Of a stretch of DNA of 64,000 nt, positions 50,489 to 60,935 are shown piece by piece. Position 1 is the stretch's first letter. Each line of letters opens with the position of its first letter. The stretch comes from a candidate division WOR-3 bacterium (GTDB taxonomy: Bacteria > Hydrothermota > Tepidihabitantia > Tepidihabitantales > Tepidihabitantaceae): positions 128,001 to 192,000 of the forward strand of contig CBFGKH010000003.1 in the NCBI GenBank assembly GCA_965649295.1. Reading direction: 5' to 3'. Made by a program: the position numbers and the translations under genes. The notes under the pieces are model-generated. The model did no database searches. It had not been told where the DNA came from and saw only the letters and a list, made by a program, of their open reading frames with translations.

Positions 50489-50528
50489 GTTGCTCCTTTC
50501 CGGGTCAGCATGGCGTCGTCTCCTGACG

Positions 50529-51098
50529 TTATCGCCGTCTCGACCTCGTCGAAGTGGCGCCGAACGTGGTCGGCAGCAAACTTTCGCCAACCTTGACCGT
50601 ACTGCGCCGGCCATAGGCTTCAATCTCAACTCGGTCCGGCAGGATGGCCACTACCCGCCGGCCCATCAAAACATCTCCGACCTGCACCCGCCGGCTATCA
50701 ACCAGTGCGTAGCGTTCATCGCCAAGCGACACGACGGCCTTGAGCACGAACATCTGTTGTCCGCGGCGTCCGCTGCGGCGCCGACCACGCCGGCTGCGCG
50801 CCAATCGGAGCGCCCGCTTACGTTCCCGTTCTTGGCGTCGCAGTTCCTTCTTGCGCGCTCGCTCCTCAGCGCGAATTCGCTTCATCTCCTCTTTGCGTTC
50901 TTCGGCCGTCATTGGTTTCAATCGGCCAGCCGTCTTCCCTGGCGCCTTCCGTCCTTTTGTAGTAGTTGTCGCCTCACTGCTGTCGCCAGCGGCCGGTTTT
51001 TTGCTCTTTGGCCTAGCTGGGCCCTTGGGTCGCAGCAACATGAAGGCCGCAACGCCCACCACTGCCACCAACGCAAGAATGATTACTATTCGCCTCAC
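50529..51098 (-). CDS. Paralogous GspB/PilP-like protein with Arg/Lys-rich linker
   Basis: N-terminal TM, LKAVVSLG..YALVD..VQVGD..MG..VV.I. Confidence 0.6.
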   Translation of the reverse strand: MRRIVIILALVAVVGVAAFMLLRPKGPARPKSKKPAAGDSSEATTTTKGRKAPGKTAGRLKPMTAEERKEEMKRIRAEERARKKELRRQERERKRALRLARSRRGRRRSGRRGQQMFVLKAVVSLGDERYALVDSRRVQVGDVLMGRRVVAILPDRVEIEAYGRRSTVKVGESLLPTTFGATSTRSRRR

Positions 51099-51673
51099 AG
51101 CCTGCCTCCACCGGCCAGGCTCGATGCGTAGAGATTGAGCAACAGCTTGACCTCAACCTCGGGCCGGATATCCTCCCGCGCCGAAACCTCAAAGTCAGGA
51201 ACGCGCACAAAGTAGGGAAAACGGTCCAAGCCCTCGACGTAGCGGCCAACGTCAAGATAGCGGCCCTGCACTGTTACCATGAACGGTACGCTGCGCAGCG
51301 GTTCGCTCGAAGACTCCTGCTGAAGCAGTGTATCAAGTCCAGGCGGAGAAATCTGGAGAAATCTTACACGATTGTTGTTGGCAAGGGCGGCCAGCTCCCG
51401 TAGCATCGAGAGCATCTGCGAACGAGGGATGACCCGCGCCGCAAATGCTGCGTTGGCTGCCTCGAGCTCAGCCACCCGCGCCCGCAGCCGGCCGATCTCC
51501 TTGACGCGCGCCTGAGTCTCCGCAAGTTGCTTACGGAGCTCAGCCACCTGCGCGGCGTTGCGCTGCCGAGCTGCCAACCTGGGTCGGTAAAGAACCACAA
51601 CTGCAAACACCGCCAGCAGCAAATACACCACTAGCGCCGCAACCAGAATCCGACGTTCAAGTAATGACGCCAT
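51095..51673 (-). CDS. pilO: PilO-like protein
   Basis: TM + coiled coil + VPFMVTVQGRY..V.RYV..L; operon position. Confidence 0.8.
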   Translation of the reverse strand: MASLLERRILVAALVVYLLLAVFAVVVLYRPRLAARQRNAAQVAELRKQLAETQARVKEIGRLRARVAELEAANAAFAARVIPRSQMLSMLRELAALANNNRVRFLQISPPGLDTLLQQESSSEPLRSVPFMVTVQGRYLDVGRYVEGLDRFPYFVRVPDFEVSAREDIRPEVEVKLLLNLYASSLAGGGRL

Positions 51674-51676
51674 AAC

Positions 51677-53296
51677 TTACTCCGTAACGCACTGGACTTC
51701 GAACTCCAGCACCGTCTCACCTTGCAGCATGCTTCGCGTCTTATTGACAAGCTGCACCTGCTGAAAAGCCGGGCTCTGTTCCAGGTCAATTAGGAACTGA
51801 GAGAGGTTAATGTCCAAGAGGAATGGCTCAGCCGATACAACCCCGGTCATCTTGACGTTCTTCTGACCAGACAGGGCGAAGGTACGCAGCTGAATGTTCT
51901 CGGGAACGAGTCTGGTCAGCCAGGCCATCACTGGCACCGAAACCTGTGTCTCACCCACGATATTGGTCAGACTCCGCTGTTTGGCTTCCATCTCGCGAAT
52001 CTGGGCCTCCAGCGCGAAGTACTCCTTGTTCGTCTCCTCGGTTGCCTTAAGCTGACGCTTCAGACGATTGGCCTCGAAGACCGCTGCCTGCGACCAGCCG
52101 GCCAGCATGACATAGACGAGCCCCAGCACGCCGACCCATACAATCGCGCCGATGACTGCCAGCCGCAGGTCTCGGGCCACGAACTTGCCGGTCTTCATCT
52201 CGCTGGGCAAGAGGTCAACCGATGCATGGTCGTGCAACAAACCCAGCGCGGTCACCAACCGATGACCGATCTCTTCCTCCGGCGGAGTCCCCTTCTTGTA
52301 CAGCCCGAACTCCTTGAAAGGATCGAAGAGCTCGGTTGGGATTCCCAAGTTGCTTTGGATATACTCGCGCAGACCGGCCATCGCCGCCGTACCGCCACAG
52401 ATAAGCAGCCGGTCAATCTTGGCTTCACCGAACTCACGACGATAGTAGTCAATCGAACGATTGACCTCGGCGATGAACCGTTCGAGCGCTGGCCGCTGGA
52501 GTGTCGCTAGCCGCTTGACCAGTACGCCCGAGGGCAGTTGCTCGGGTGAATCCTCGGGCGGTATGCCATACTTACGCTTCAGGTTCTCGGCGTCATAGGC
52601 ATCAAGCGCCAGCTGCCCTTCCTCCGTAGTAATCGCCACTGTCATCGCTTCAGTGATGGCATTGCCGGCGGTCGTGATCGTCCGGGCCAGGTCAAGCCGC
52701 TCGCCCTTCATGAAAATCATGTCGGTGAACTCAGCACCGATATCAAGCAGACAGATCGTCTCCTCACCGCGAATCTTACCGTACTTACGTACCGCGGCCT
52801 GCAAAGCGAACGGGATGACGCTGATTGCCGTTGGTTCAAGCCCAGCCTTCCGGAGAGTCGAGATATGGTCCGAGACGATATCCTTTCGGGCAGCGACAAC
52901 CATGACGTTGTCTTTGATCGCGCCGGCCTCCCGTTGCGGTCCGAGTGTCTTGAAATCAAGAATCGCCTCGTCGAGGGTAAAGGGCGAATACTTCTCCAGG
53001 CGCAGCAGGATCGCATCCTTCAGCTCGCGCCGGTTCATCTTTGGGAAAGCGGACTGGCGTAAGCTTACCGATGGGCCAGAAACAAAGCTATAGACCTCGC
53101 TGGGATGGTAGTCCTTGATCAGCTCGCGGAGAATTGACGGTACATCAAATGCCTCGCCAATCTCCTTCAGGCCGTAGTCAACTACCCGGCCGCCCTCCAT
53201 CTTGACGAACTTGACTGAATTGGAACCGATATCGATGCAGAGCGTGCCCTTGCCACCACCGCCAAACAGACTGCCCAAACCACTACCGGTTGCCAA
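51677..53296 (-). CDS. pilM: PilM-PilN fusion protein
   Basis: IDIGSNSVK, LLDIGA, LICGGTA actin-like ATPase, then VDLLP, TM, coiled coil and PilN-like domain. Confidence 0.85.
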   Translation of the reverse strand: MATGSGLGSLFGGGGKGTLCIDIGSNSVKFVKMEGGRVVDYGLKEIGEAFDVPSILRELIKDYHPSEVYSFVSGPSVSLRQSAFPKMNRRELKDAILLRLEKYSPFTLDEAILDFKTLGPQREAGAIKDNVMVVAARKDIVSDHISTLRKAGLEPTAISVIPFALQAAVRKYGKIRGEETICLLDIGAEFTDMIFMKGERLDLARTITTAGNAITEAMTVAITTEEGQLALDAYDAENLKRKYGIPPEDSPEQLPSGVLVKRLATLQRPALERFIAEVNRSIDYYRREFGEAKIDRLLICGGTAAMAGLREYIQSNLGIPTELFDPFKEFGLYKKGTPPEEEIGHRLVTALGLLHDHASVDLLPSEMKTGKFVARDLRLAVIGAIVWVGVLGLVYVMLAGWSQAAVFEANRLKRQLKATEETNKEYFALEAQIREMEAKQRSLTNIVGETQVSVPVMAWLTRLVPENIQLRTFALSGQKNVKMTGVVSAEPFLLDINLSQFLIDLEQSPAFQQVQLVNKTRSMLQGETVLEFEVQCVTE

Positions 53297-53316
53297 TACT
53301 CCTCCTTATCAAGCCG

Positions 53317-54468
53317 TCACGGTCCCGGCAGGTCGGGAACCTGAACGGTAATCTCGGAGCCATCACTGAAGCGCAGCGCAAACCGACGGCCGTTCACCTG
53401 GGCACGGCCGGTTGCTGCCAGTTCGTCCTTATAGAAGGACTCAAAACGCATCGTCACGGTCTGCGCGCGACTTGCCGCCACCGGATAAACCGGCGTGACA
53501 ATGACAGTATCACCAACCCCCGGCAGCGGTGGACTGAGCGTATCAAGCTGCGCCGGCCGGCCGGGGCTGAGAATTGCTAACTGCTGCAGGAAAATCGAGT
53601 CTGACGGAACAATGTCCGCCAGTCGGAACCAGGCAATCGTGTCGTCCGTGGCTCCGTCGTTAATCAGGTCAAAACTGAAACTCAAGCTATCGGGCGAAAG
53701 ATAAGGCTGTCCAATCATCACCAGCCGATTTCGGAAAGGTCGGCTAAAGCGAAAATCGATAACCGTCCTTGACCGTGGCGCAACTGTCACCCAGCGGACA
53801 ATCGAATCGACTGTCCCGGACAGGGCCACTATCCGGTGAGTACCAATCGGTATCGAGTCCGGGAACTGGTAGAACCCACCCTGGTCAACAAGCGCCACAA
53901 ACTGATTGCCGCCGGACGCCGGATACAGTCGTACCTGCATCATTGCCGCCCGTTCGCCTGGTGGTAGCCCATTGATGTCGGTGATATTGCCACTAACCGA
54001 ATTGCGTGTCAGTAGGGGCAGCGAGTCAATGACTCTGACCGTCATCGGATACTTACCGTTGCCCAGACTGTTCAGCAGCCCGGTATTCGGATCATAACCA
54101 TAAGGGTTTCCCCAGGCGTCGTATAAGAAACCAACGCTGTCGCCACCGACTGACTGTCGCAGATACGGCCCCCGCCAGCGCGGGCTGTTATTGATATTAG
54201 CAACCAATTCCCGTAGGTCGGTCGGCAACCTACCCATGTCGCCATAGAAACCAAAATCGGTCCGCCGCCCCTCACTCACCAGTGCCGGGTCGCCGGCAAT
54301 TGCCTTGACTATCTTTTCCATCTCGGCGGCAGTCTGATCAAAGAGTGAGCGGTCCCGTGCCGTATCAATTGTCCGCAAAGCCACCGTGCTGAGAATACCG
54401 ATTATCAAGAGCACAACCAACAGCTCCATCAAGGTAAAACCACGGCTATTAGCAGTAGTCCAGCTCAC
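53317..54468 (-). CDS. Large prepilin/pseudopilin
   Basis: G|FTLMELL; GDMGRLP..WRGPY..DAWGNPY. Confidence 0.85.
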   Translation of the reverse strand: MSWTTANSRGFTLMELLVVLLIIGILSTVALRTIDTARDRSLFDQTAAEMEKIVKAIAGDPALVSEGRRTDFGFYGDMGRLPTDLRELVANINNSPRWRGPYLRQSVGGDSVGFLYDAWGNPYGYDPNTGLLNSLGNGKYPMTVRVIDSLPLLTRNSVSGNITDINGLPPGERAAMMQVRLYPASGGNQFVALVDQGGFYQFPDSIPIGTHRIVALSGTVDSIVRWVTVAPRSRTVIDFRFSRPFRNRLVMIGQPYLSPDSLSFSFDLINDGATDDTIAWFRLADIVPSDSIFLQQLAILSPGRPAQLDTLSPPLPGVGDTVIVTPVYPVAASRAQTVTMRFESFYKDELAATGRAQVNGRRFALRFSDGSEITVQVPDLPGP

Positions 54469-55325
54469 GGCAAAGTACTCCAGTCCAGATTCAACCGCAG
54501 CACAATGTTACGAGCACCCAGCCGAGGATAGACGGTGACATTTACCGTCGTCCGCGTTGTTTCATTAGGGATGGCGTAGAAGTTGATATGCTCAGCCCAC
54601 AACCGATGCGTACCCTGCGGAATCGGATAGATGACCGGCGCTGCTCCTGCCGTAGTATGAGTCGTGAAATAGCCATTCTCAAGACGGTTCAGCGAGGCCG
54701 TGTCAACCTGGCCATCGCGCGGGTACTCCAGATAGACACGAATAATACCGTTAGCAGTCCCATTGATAAAGAGTTCATTCGGCGGTGGAACTCCGCGAAC
54801 ATCTTCCACCCGGCCATCGACTGTGTCTTGGAGTAACTCCTGCCAGGTGTAGCCGAAATAGCGGGTCATCCACTTTGTCCGATCGCTCAGCCCCTGCCCT
54901 GAGTAGCTGCGCACAAAGAGGCTGTCCAAGCCATAAACTGTCCGACCGTAAACGATTGTATCACCCCAGGCATCGATCCGATACCCGTCCGGCGACTCAT
55001 TGTAGGCTGACTTGATATAGGGCCCGCGCCAGCAAACTGAGTCGGCCCGGGCCGGTCGAACAGCAAGGTCGGCCAATGTCATTGGCAGCTCGCCCATGTC
55101 GCCGACGTAACCGAAGTCCACCCGGCGGCCACCAACAACATAGTTCGGGTCACCGACAATCGCCGTCGCCAGTTGATTAAGCTTGCGCGCTGTCTGCTCA
55201 ATTCTGCCGCGCTGCAGCGTCACGTCCCATGTCTTGACCGCAGCCGTCAGAATCAGACTCAGAATCATCAGCACGACCAGTAGCTCTAAGAGCGTGACTC
55301 CCCGGGCAACTGACTCCTTCCTCAT
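54465..55325 (-). CDS. Prepilin/pseudopilin
   Basis: G|VTLLELL; GDMGELP..WRGPY..DAWG. Confidence 0.85.
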   Translation of the reverse strand: MRKESVARGVTLLELLVVLMILSLILTAAVKTWDVTLQRGRIEQTARKLNQLATAIVGDPNYVVGGRRVDFGYVGDMGELPMTLADLAVRPARADSVCWRGPYIKSAYNESPDGYRIDAWGDTIVYGRTVYGLDSLFVRSYSGQGLSDRTKWMTRYFGYTWQELLQDTVDGRVEDVRGVPPPNELFINGTANGIIRVYLEYPRDGQVDTASLNRLENGYFTTHTTAGAAPVIYPIPQGTHRLWAEHINFYAIPNETTRTTVNVTVYPRLGARNIVLRLNLDWSTLP

Positions 55326-55335
55326 TAGTCCCACC

Positions 55336-55881
55336 CTAGAAACGCACCCTCACATCATCACTATCGCGAGCACCCGGCTGACCAAGAAACAATCCGTCTG
55401 GCCCGGCACTCATCAATCCGACTGTGTCCGAACCTTCAACTAAGTAGCGGTAAGGCGTCTCCCAAGCATCATACCGGTAGCCCATCCTGCCGTCCTCACG
55501 TACGTATGGCCCGTTCCACCCACGTTTGATATACGGGTCCCAAGCTGGTAGTGTTTCTTTACCGACATAGTTGATTCCAGCATACATTCCCTCGAACGGA
55601 TTGCGGGTAGCCAGTTCGATAAGGTCTCGCGGTAAGCGGCCGACATCGTTCTTGAAACCGGTCACGACCATCTCACCGCCGATCATGATATCAGGGTTGC
55701 CGACAATGGCATCGCGCAGCACTCGCAGTTCTTGCAGGGTTGCTGTTCGCCGAGCATTGGTTGTTATTCGCGAAACGATGGTTGGCACGAAGAAGGCGAG
55801 AATGATTCCCAAAACAGAAATGACCACGAGCAGCTCTACAAGCGTGAACCCGCGGTCACTACGTCGGTTAGTGACTTTCAC
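55336..55881 (-). CDS. GspG-like prepilin
   Basis: G|FTLVELL; DVGRLP, WNGPY, DAW..Y, SAGPDG; GTG 7 nt after TTGACA-17-TATAAT. Confidence 0.85.
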   Translation of the reverse strand: MKVTNRRSDRGFTLVELLVVISVLGIILAFFVPTIVSRITTNARRTATLQELRVLRDAIVGNPDIMIGGEMVVTGFKNDVGRLPRDLIELATRNPFEGMYAGINYVGKETLPAWDPYIKRGWNGPYVREDGRMGYRYDAWETPYRYLVEGSDTVGLMSAGPDGLFLGQPGARDSDDVRVRF

Positions 55882-55888
55882 CGTTGTC

Positions 55889-55917
55889 ATTATAGAACCG
55901 ACACAACTCGGTGTCAA
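55889..55917 (-). promoter_or_regulatory. Consensus sigma70 promoter, leaderless
   Basis: TTGACA-17-TATAAT-7nt-GTG. Confidence 0.75.
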
Positions 55918-55932
55918 GGATTGAGGCCCTCA

Positions 55933-56469
55933 CTAGCTATGCAGGAGGAAGATGACCGGCTCGTTGTCGGCGTCATACTCCCGGATCGAGATCCCGCCAT
56001 GCCCAATCGGCACCAGCACATAAGCGCGGGGTGATGATGCGCCGTCCGGCTCCCAGACACCATAGATTATCTCGCCCGGATAGTAGCCGATGTAGTCGTT
56101 AGCCTTGCCCTCTTCGGTGTTTGCCAAGTCGGCTTCAGACTCGTAGTCCTCGGGGTTGAAATCGTCGGGGTCCATCGGTTTGTTGGTCCAGGGATTGGTT
56201 GGCAGTCGGCCGAGCTGCTGCTCGAACACGCCACCCGGAAAGTAAGAGCCATATCCATCCTCATAGAAATCATCGGCGTAGTAGCCCTTCTCGGCGTGGA
56301 ATGCCTCTATCACCAGCTGCACATTATGGACATTCATCTTCATCGCCGCGTGCCGGGCCTGCTGACGCGCACCGTTGAGTCGCGGCAGCGACATTGCCAT
56401 CATCATCCCCATGATGAGCAGGACGATGAGAACCTCAAGCAAACTGAAGCCACGATTGTCACGCATCAT
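55933..56469 (-). CDS. Type IV prepilin
   Basis: G|FSLLEVL, NPWT; own promoter TTGACA-17-TATAAG and SD AAGGAG. Confidence 0.85.
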   Translation of the reverse strand: MMRDNRGFSLLEVLIVLLIMGMMMAMSLPRLNGARQQARHAAMKMNVHNVQLVIEAFHAEKGYYADDFYEDGYGSYFPGGVFEQQLGRLPTNPWTNKPMDPDDFNPEDYESEADLANTEEGKANDYIGYYPGEIIYGVWEPDGASSPRAYVLVPIGHGGISIREYDADNEPVIFLLHS

Positions 56470-56520
56470 TTCTCCTTACTACCTTATAGGCGGACTATTG
56501 ACCAATGTCAAGCTTATCAC

Positions 56521-57417
56521 CTAACGTAACCGGGCTGGCGGCGTGGTTGTTCTCACCCGTTCGCCATCAAGATAGAACTGTCCACCGAAAGGCTCCTGCG
56601 GAATCGCGGGAATGTAACCACGGGCCACCAGCTCGCCAAGCCGCGTCGGCAGACGGCCTTCGGTCGCACGGAAGCTCTGTACCGCTTGTTCCAATCGGTG
56701 GATAAGTTCTTCCAGCTTGAGTAGCCGCAGTTGTCTTGCTGCCAGCTCTTTCAAGCGTTTATTCTCGGTGTTGTTATAGAGCTCGAGCCAAAGCTGCCGT
56801 GCCAACTCAAAGTCGCCGGCCTTCGCTGTGGCCACCGCAGCCCAGCGAGCAGTAAGTTGCCAAGCATTAGGCAATTTGGAAGCAATCTCAAAGAGACGGC
56901 CAGCCTGCTCATAGTCTCGCAGCAGCGTGTAGTTGATAAAGGCAGCGTCGAAAGGTAACTGCCAGTTCATGGGATTAGCTACCATCCCATCGTCGAGAAG
57001 ATCAAGAGCCTGGCCCGGCTCACGTGCATCCCAAGCCAAAGTAATAGCACCAAAGTGATAAGCACCGATGAAACGGGGGTCCAGTGTGGTTAGGATCCGA
57101 AAGACGTGTCCCAGCCATTCATAACGCCGGTCGGTCATCAGATGATGACCATAATACTGTACTGCCCGCAACCAGATGATATCGGCAGCCAGGTCTTGAT
57201 ACTCTATCGAGGCCTGACGGACAAACTGACCTGAAGGGAAATAAGCAAGTTCCTGGATTCCTCGCTCGCCGATCCGTTCGTCAAATGCTCGGTCAATCCG
57301 GAGCTGAAGCAGAAACACAACTACCAGTCCCCATGGCACCAGCAGCACCGGAACCATCTGTGCCAGCCAACCCGGTCGTCGCACTACCGGCACTGCCCGC
57401 ACCTCTTCAAATCGCAC
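56521..57417 (-). CDS. PilG (Myxococcus)/XapA-like TM-TPR protein
   Basis: LAADIIWLRAVQYYG, LTTLDPRF..AY, TPR-like helices, EPFGGQF; next to the ABC pair. Confidence 0.65.
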   Translation of the reverse strand: MRFEEVRAVPVVRRPGWLAQMVPVLLVPWGLVVVFLLQLRIDRAFDERIGERGIQELAYFPSGQFVRQASIEYQDLAADIIWLRAVQYYGHHLMTDRRYEWLGHVFRILTTLDPRFIGAYHFGAITLAWDAREPGQALDLLDDGMVANPMNWQLPFDAAFINYTLLRDYEQAGRLFEIASKLPNAWQLTARWAAVATAKAGDFELARQLWLELYNNTENKRLKELAARQLRLLKLEELIHRLEQAVQSFRATEGRLPTRLGELVARGYIPAIPQEPFGGQFYLDGERVRTTTPPARLR

Positions 57418-57418
57418 C

Positions 57419-58186
57419 CTAGAACTCCCGCCGGCTGAAGATAGCCATCGCGACCAGTAATAGCACCGTGCTATAGACAACGGCGTAGAACATTGACAAC
57501 AATAGCCCAACCGGATCAAGCGGCGCTCCGTGCACGACGTCACCGCGAATGTTGAAATTGCTCAGATTAGGAAGAAGGTAATAGACAACAAGACTGATCA
57601 CCCTTACGACCGGTGACGGCGTCATGCCAGCAAGCACCCGAAGGTCCCGAGCCATGTGGCCAACAAAGTAGATACCGAAGGCGAAAACCGACCCCGTTAT
57701 CGGTGTAGCAAAAGAGGAAAAGAGTATTGCTGCTGCGGTCAGAATCGCCAACTCAAAGAACGTCATCACCACTGCCAGCACCAGGGCCAGTGGTGCACCG
57801 ACCCGCAAGATCCAAAGCACTGCATAGAAGCAGACCGTCATCACGACCAGGCTGAGCGCTAGCACCCCGAGGAGGCCAAAATACTTGCCGACAATGAACT
57901 CCCAGCGCCGTACTGGTTTGGACAGGATTATGTAGATGGTGCGCTTCTCGACTTCTTTATACACCAGTCTGCCGCCTACGAGAATCGCGATCAAAACACA
58001 GAAAAGCGTAATAGCCGCAAGACCGATGTCCTTGATGACCTTACTCTCTTCACCTAGGGCCAACGGCTGAATCACCCGACTGGCACCCATCACAACTACT
58101 GCGAAGATTACCAGGGTAACAAGCACCCTGTCCCGCACCGCCTCGCGGAAAGTATTCAGCGCCACTGCCCGGATTCGACCAATCAC
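57419..58186 (-). CDS. ABC transporter permease (PilI/XapB-like)
   Basis: NTFREAVRDR, KEVEKRTIY.ILSKP..R.EFIVGKY; multiple TM helices. Confidence 0.88.
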   Translation of the reverse strand: MIGRIRAVALNTFREAVRDRVLVTLVIFAVVVMGASRVIQPLALGEESKVIKDIGLAAITLFCVLIAILVGGRLVYKEVEKRTIYIILSKPVRRWEFIVGKYFGLLGVLALSLVVMTVCFYAVLWILRVGAPLALVLAVVMTFFELAILTAAAILFSSFATPITGSVFAFGIYFVGHMARDLRVLAGMTPSPVVRVISLVVYYLLPNLSNFNIRGDVVHGAPLDPVGLLLSMFYAVVYSTVLLLVAMAIFSRREF

Positions 58187-59136
58187 TCTTTTCTCCGAGC
58201 CCGCTCAACATGGGCCATAAAATAGCTCTCCAACGTACGCCGGCGGGGAACGATTGAGTAGATGCGAGCCTCAGCCTCCCGGGCAATCGCCGTAATCCGA
58301 TCAACACCAACCTCATCCGGGACCACCAGCAGCAGCATATCACCAGCTTCAATTGACTGCTGCGCCACTCGTTCCAAGGCCTTACGAAACTTACCGGTCG
58401 CTCCCCGCACCGTCACCTCAATCGCCTCAACATCCCCAGACAGAATCTCGTCTAGTCTGCCGACCTCGACCATCCGCCCGGCGATAATCGTCCCCACCCG
58501 ATCACAGATTAGCTCAACATCAGAAAGAATATGGGTGGAGAAGAAAACAGTCTTGCCTTGGTCACGCAGACCAACGATGATGTCCCGGAACTCCTTACGG
58601 CCAATCGGGTCAAGACCACCCATTGGTTCGTCCAAAATCACCACTTCCGGGTCTCCGATCAACGCCTGGGCAATGCCCATCCGCTGCAGCATTCCCCGTG
58701 AGAAACCACGCATCTGGGCATCAGCCGCCCGTTCCATGCCGACCGTCCGCAACAGCGTCTTCACCCGAGTAGCAGTCTCGACCCGCGGCACTCCGTTCAA
58801 CTGAGCCGCCAGCAGGAGAAACTCCCGGGCGGTGAGATACTCGTAGAAATAGGGTTGTTCTGGCAGGAAGCCAATCCGCTGCTTGACGGTGGCATCGCGC
58901 GGCGACTTACCGAGCACCAGCGCAGTACCGGCAGTCGGCTGGGCCAGCCCCATCAACAACTTGATGAGCGTTGTCTTACCAGCACCGTTGGGCCCCAAGA
59001 ATCCGAATATCTCGCCCCGCTGGACGTCGAACGTTACATCACTTAGCGCCTGGATTCGCCGCAGCCGGAAACCGCTCCGGTAGGTCTTGCTCAGTCGTGT
59101 CACGCTGATGGCCGGTTCGGTTGCTGCGGTTGACAT
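58183..59136 (-). CDS. ABC transporter ATP-binding protein (PilH/XapD-like)
   Basis: [26 protein letters not shown]-16-TATAAT 9 nt upstream. Confidence 0.92.
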   Translation of the reverse strand: MSTAATEPAISVTRLSKTYRSGFRLRRIQALSDVTFDVQRGEIFGFLGPNGAGKTTLIKLLMGLAQPTAGTALVLGKSPRDATVKQRIGFLPEQPYFYEYLTAREFLLLAAQLNGVPRVETATRVKTLLRTVGMERAADAQMRGFSRGMLQRMGIAQALIGDPEVVILDEPMGGLDPIGRKEFRDIIVGLRDQGKTVFFSTHILSDVELICDRVGTIIAGRMVEVGRLDEILSGDVEAIEVTVRGATGKFRKALERVAQQSIEAGDMLLLVVPDEVGVDRITAIAREAEARIYSIVPRRRTLESYFMAHVERARRKE

Positions 59137-59368
59137 GAGCAAGGGATTATAGAACTGGTCGTTGCAGTGTCAAGCTAGCTTAGCCGCAGTTGACTCTCTG
59201 ACTCTGTCAATTACTGGTTGGGCCACAGTTGACCGTCCCTTCGCCATCATTATAATCTCGCCCGGCCTTACCGGCCGGTAAGCCAGCAGGCTAGTCAATT
59301 GTCGTTTACGAGCGCGGGTGACGTGCCCGGTTCTGCTGCGCCCGCATTTAGGCCAACAGGAGGACATC

Positions 59369-60706
<1,338 letters not shown>

Positions 60707-60726
60707 TTTTTGGCCCAAAGACTGCT

Positions 60727-60760
60727 GCGGGCAGGATGACCCCTGCCCGCTTCGCTTTTT
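60727..60760 (+). terminator. Intrinsic terminator of gdhA
   Basis: GCGGGCAGG-N6-CCTGCCCGC-TTCGCTTTTT. Confidence 0.75.
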
Positions 60761-60763
60761 GGC

Positions 60764-60901
60764 TCCAGCCAACCTAACGAAGAATCGCCACCTGCCGGCC
60801 GCGACCTCTGTCTGCGGGTGTATGGCACACTCAACCCAGTGCCACCGGCGTTCTGGGGCATGGATGAGTGTAGTCTCATCCCGTCGGTTTCGGCGGCTTG
60901 A
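60764..60901 (+). pseudogene. Orphan 3' fragment of a paralog of the 63198-63755 gene
   Basis: Reads ..EESPPAGRDLCLRVYGTLNPVPPAFWGMDECSLIPSVSAA*; no 5' part, begins just after the gdhA terminator. Confidence 0.75.
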
Positions 60902-60935
60902 CGGCAGTGGGCCCTGGCCGACAATGAAGCCATGA
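60795..60935 (+). repeat. 141-bp direct repeat, copy A
   Basis: 136/141 identical to 63649-63789. Confidence 0.95.

Noticed and set aside
60772..60900. Integron attC site at the cassette junction
   Set aside because: ACCTAAC precedes only copy A; no matching GTTRRRY end and no integron integrase
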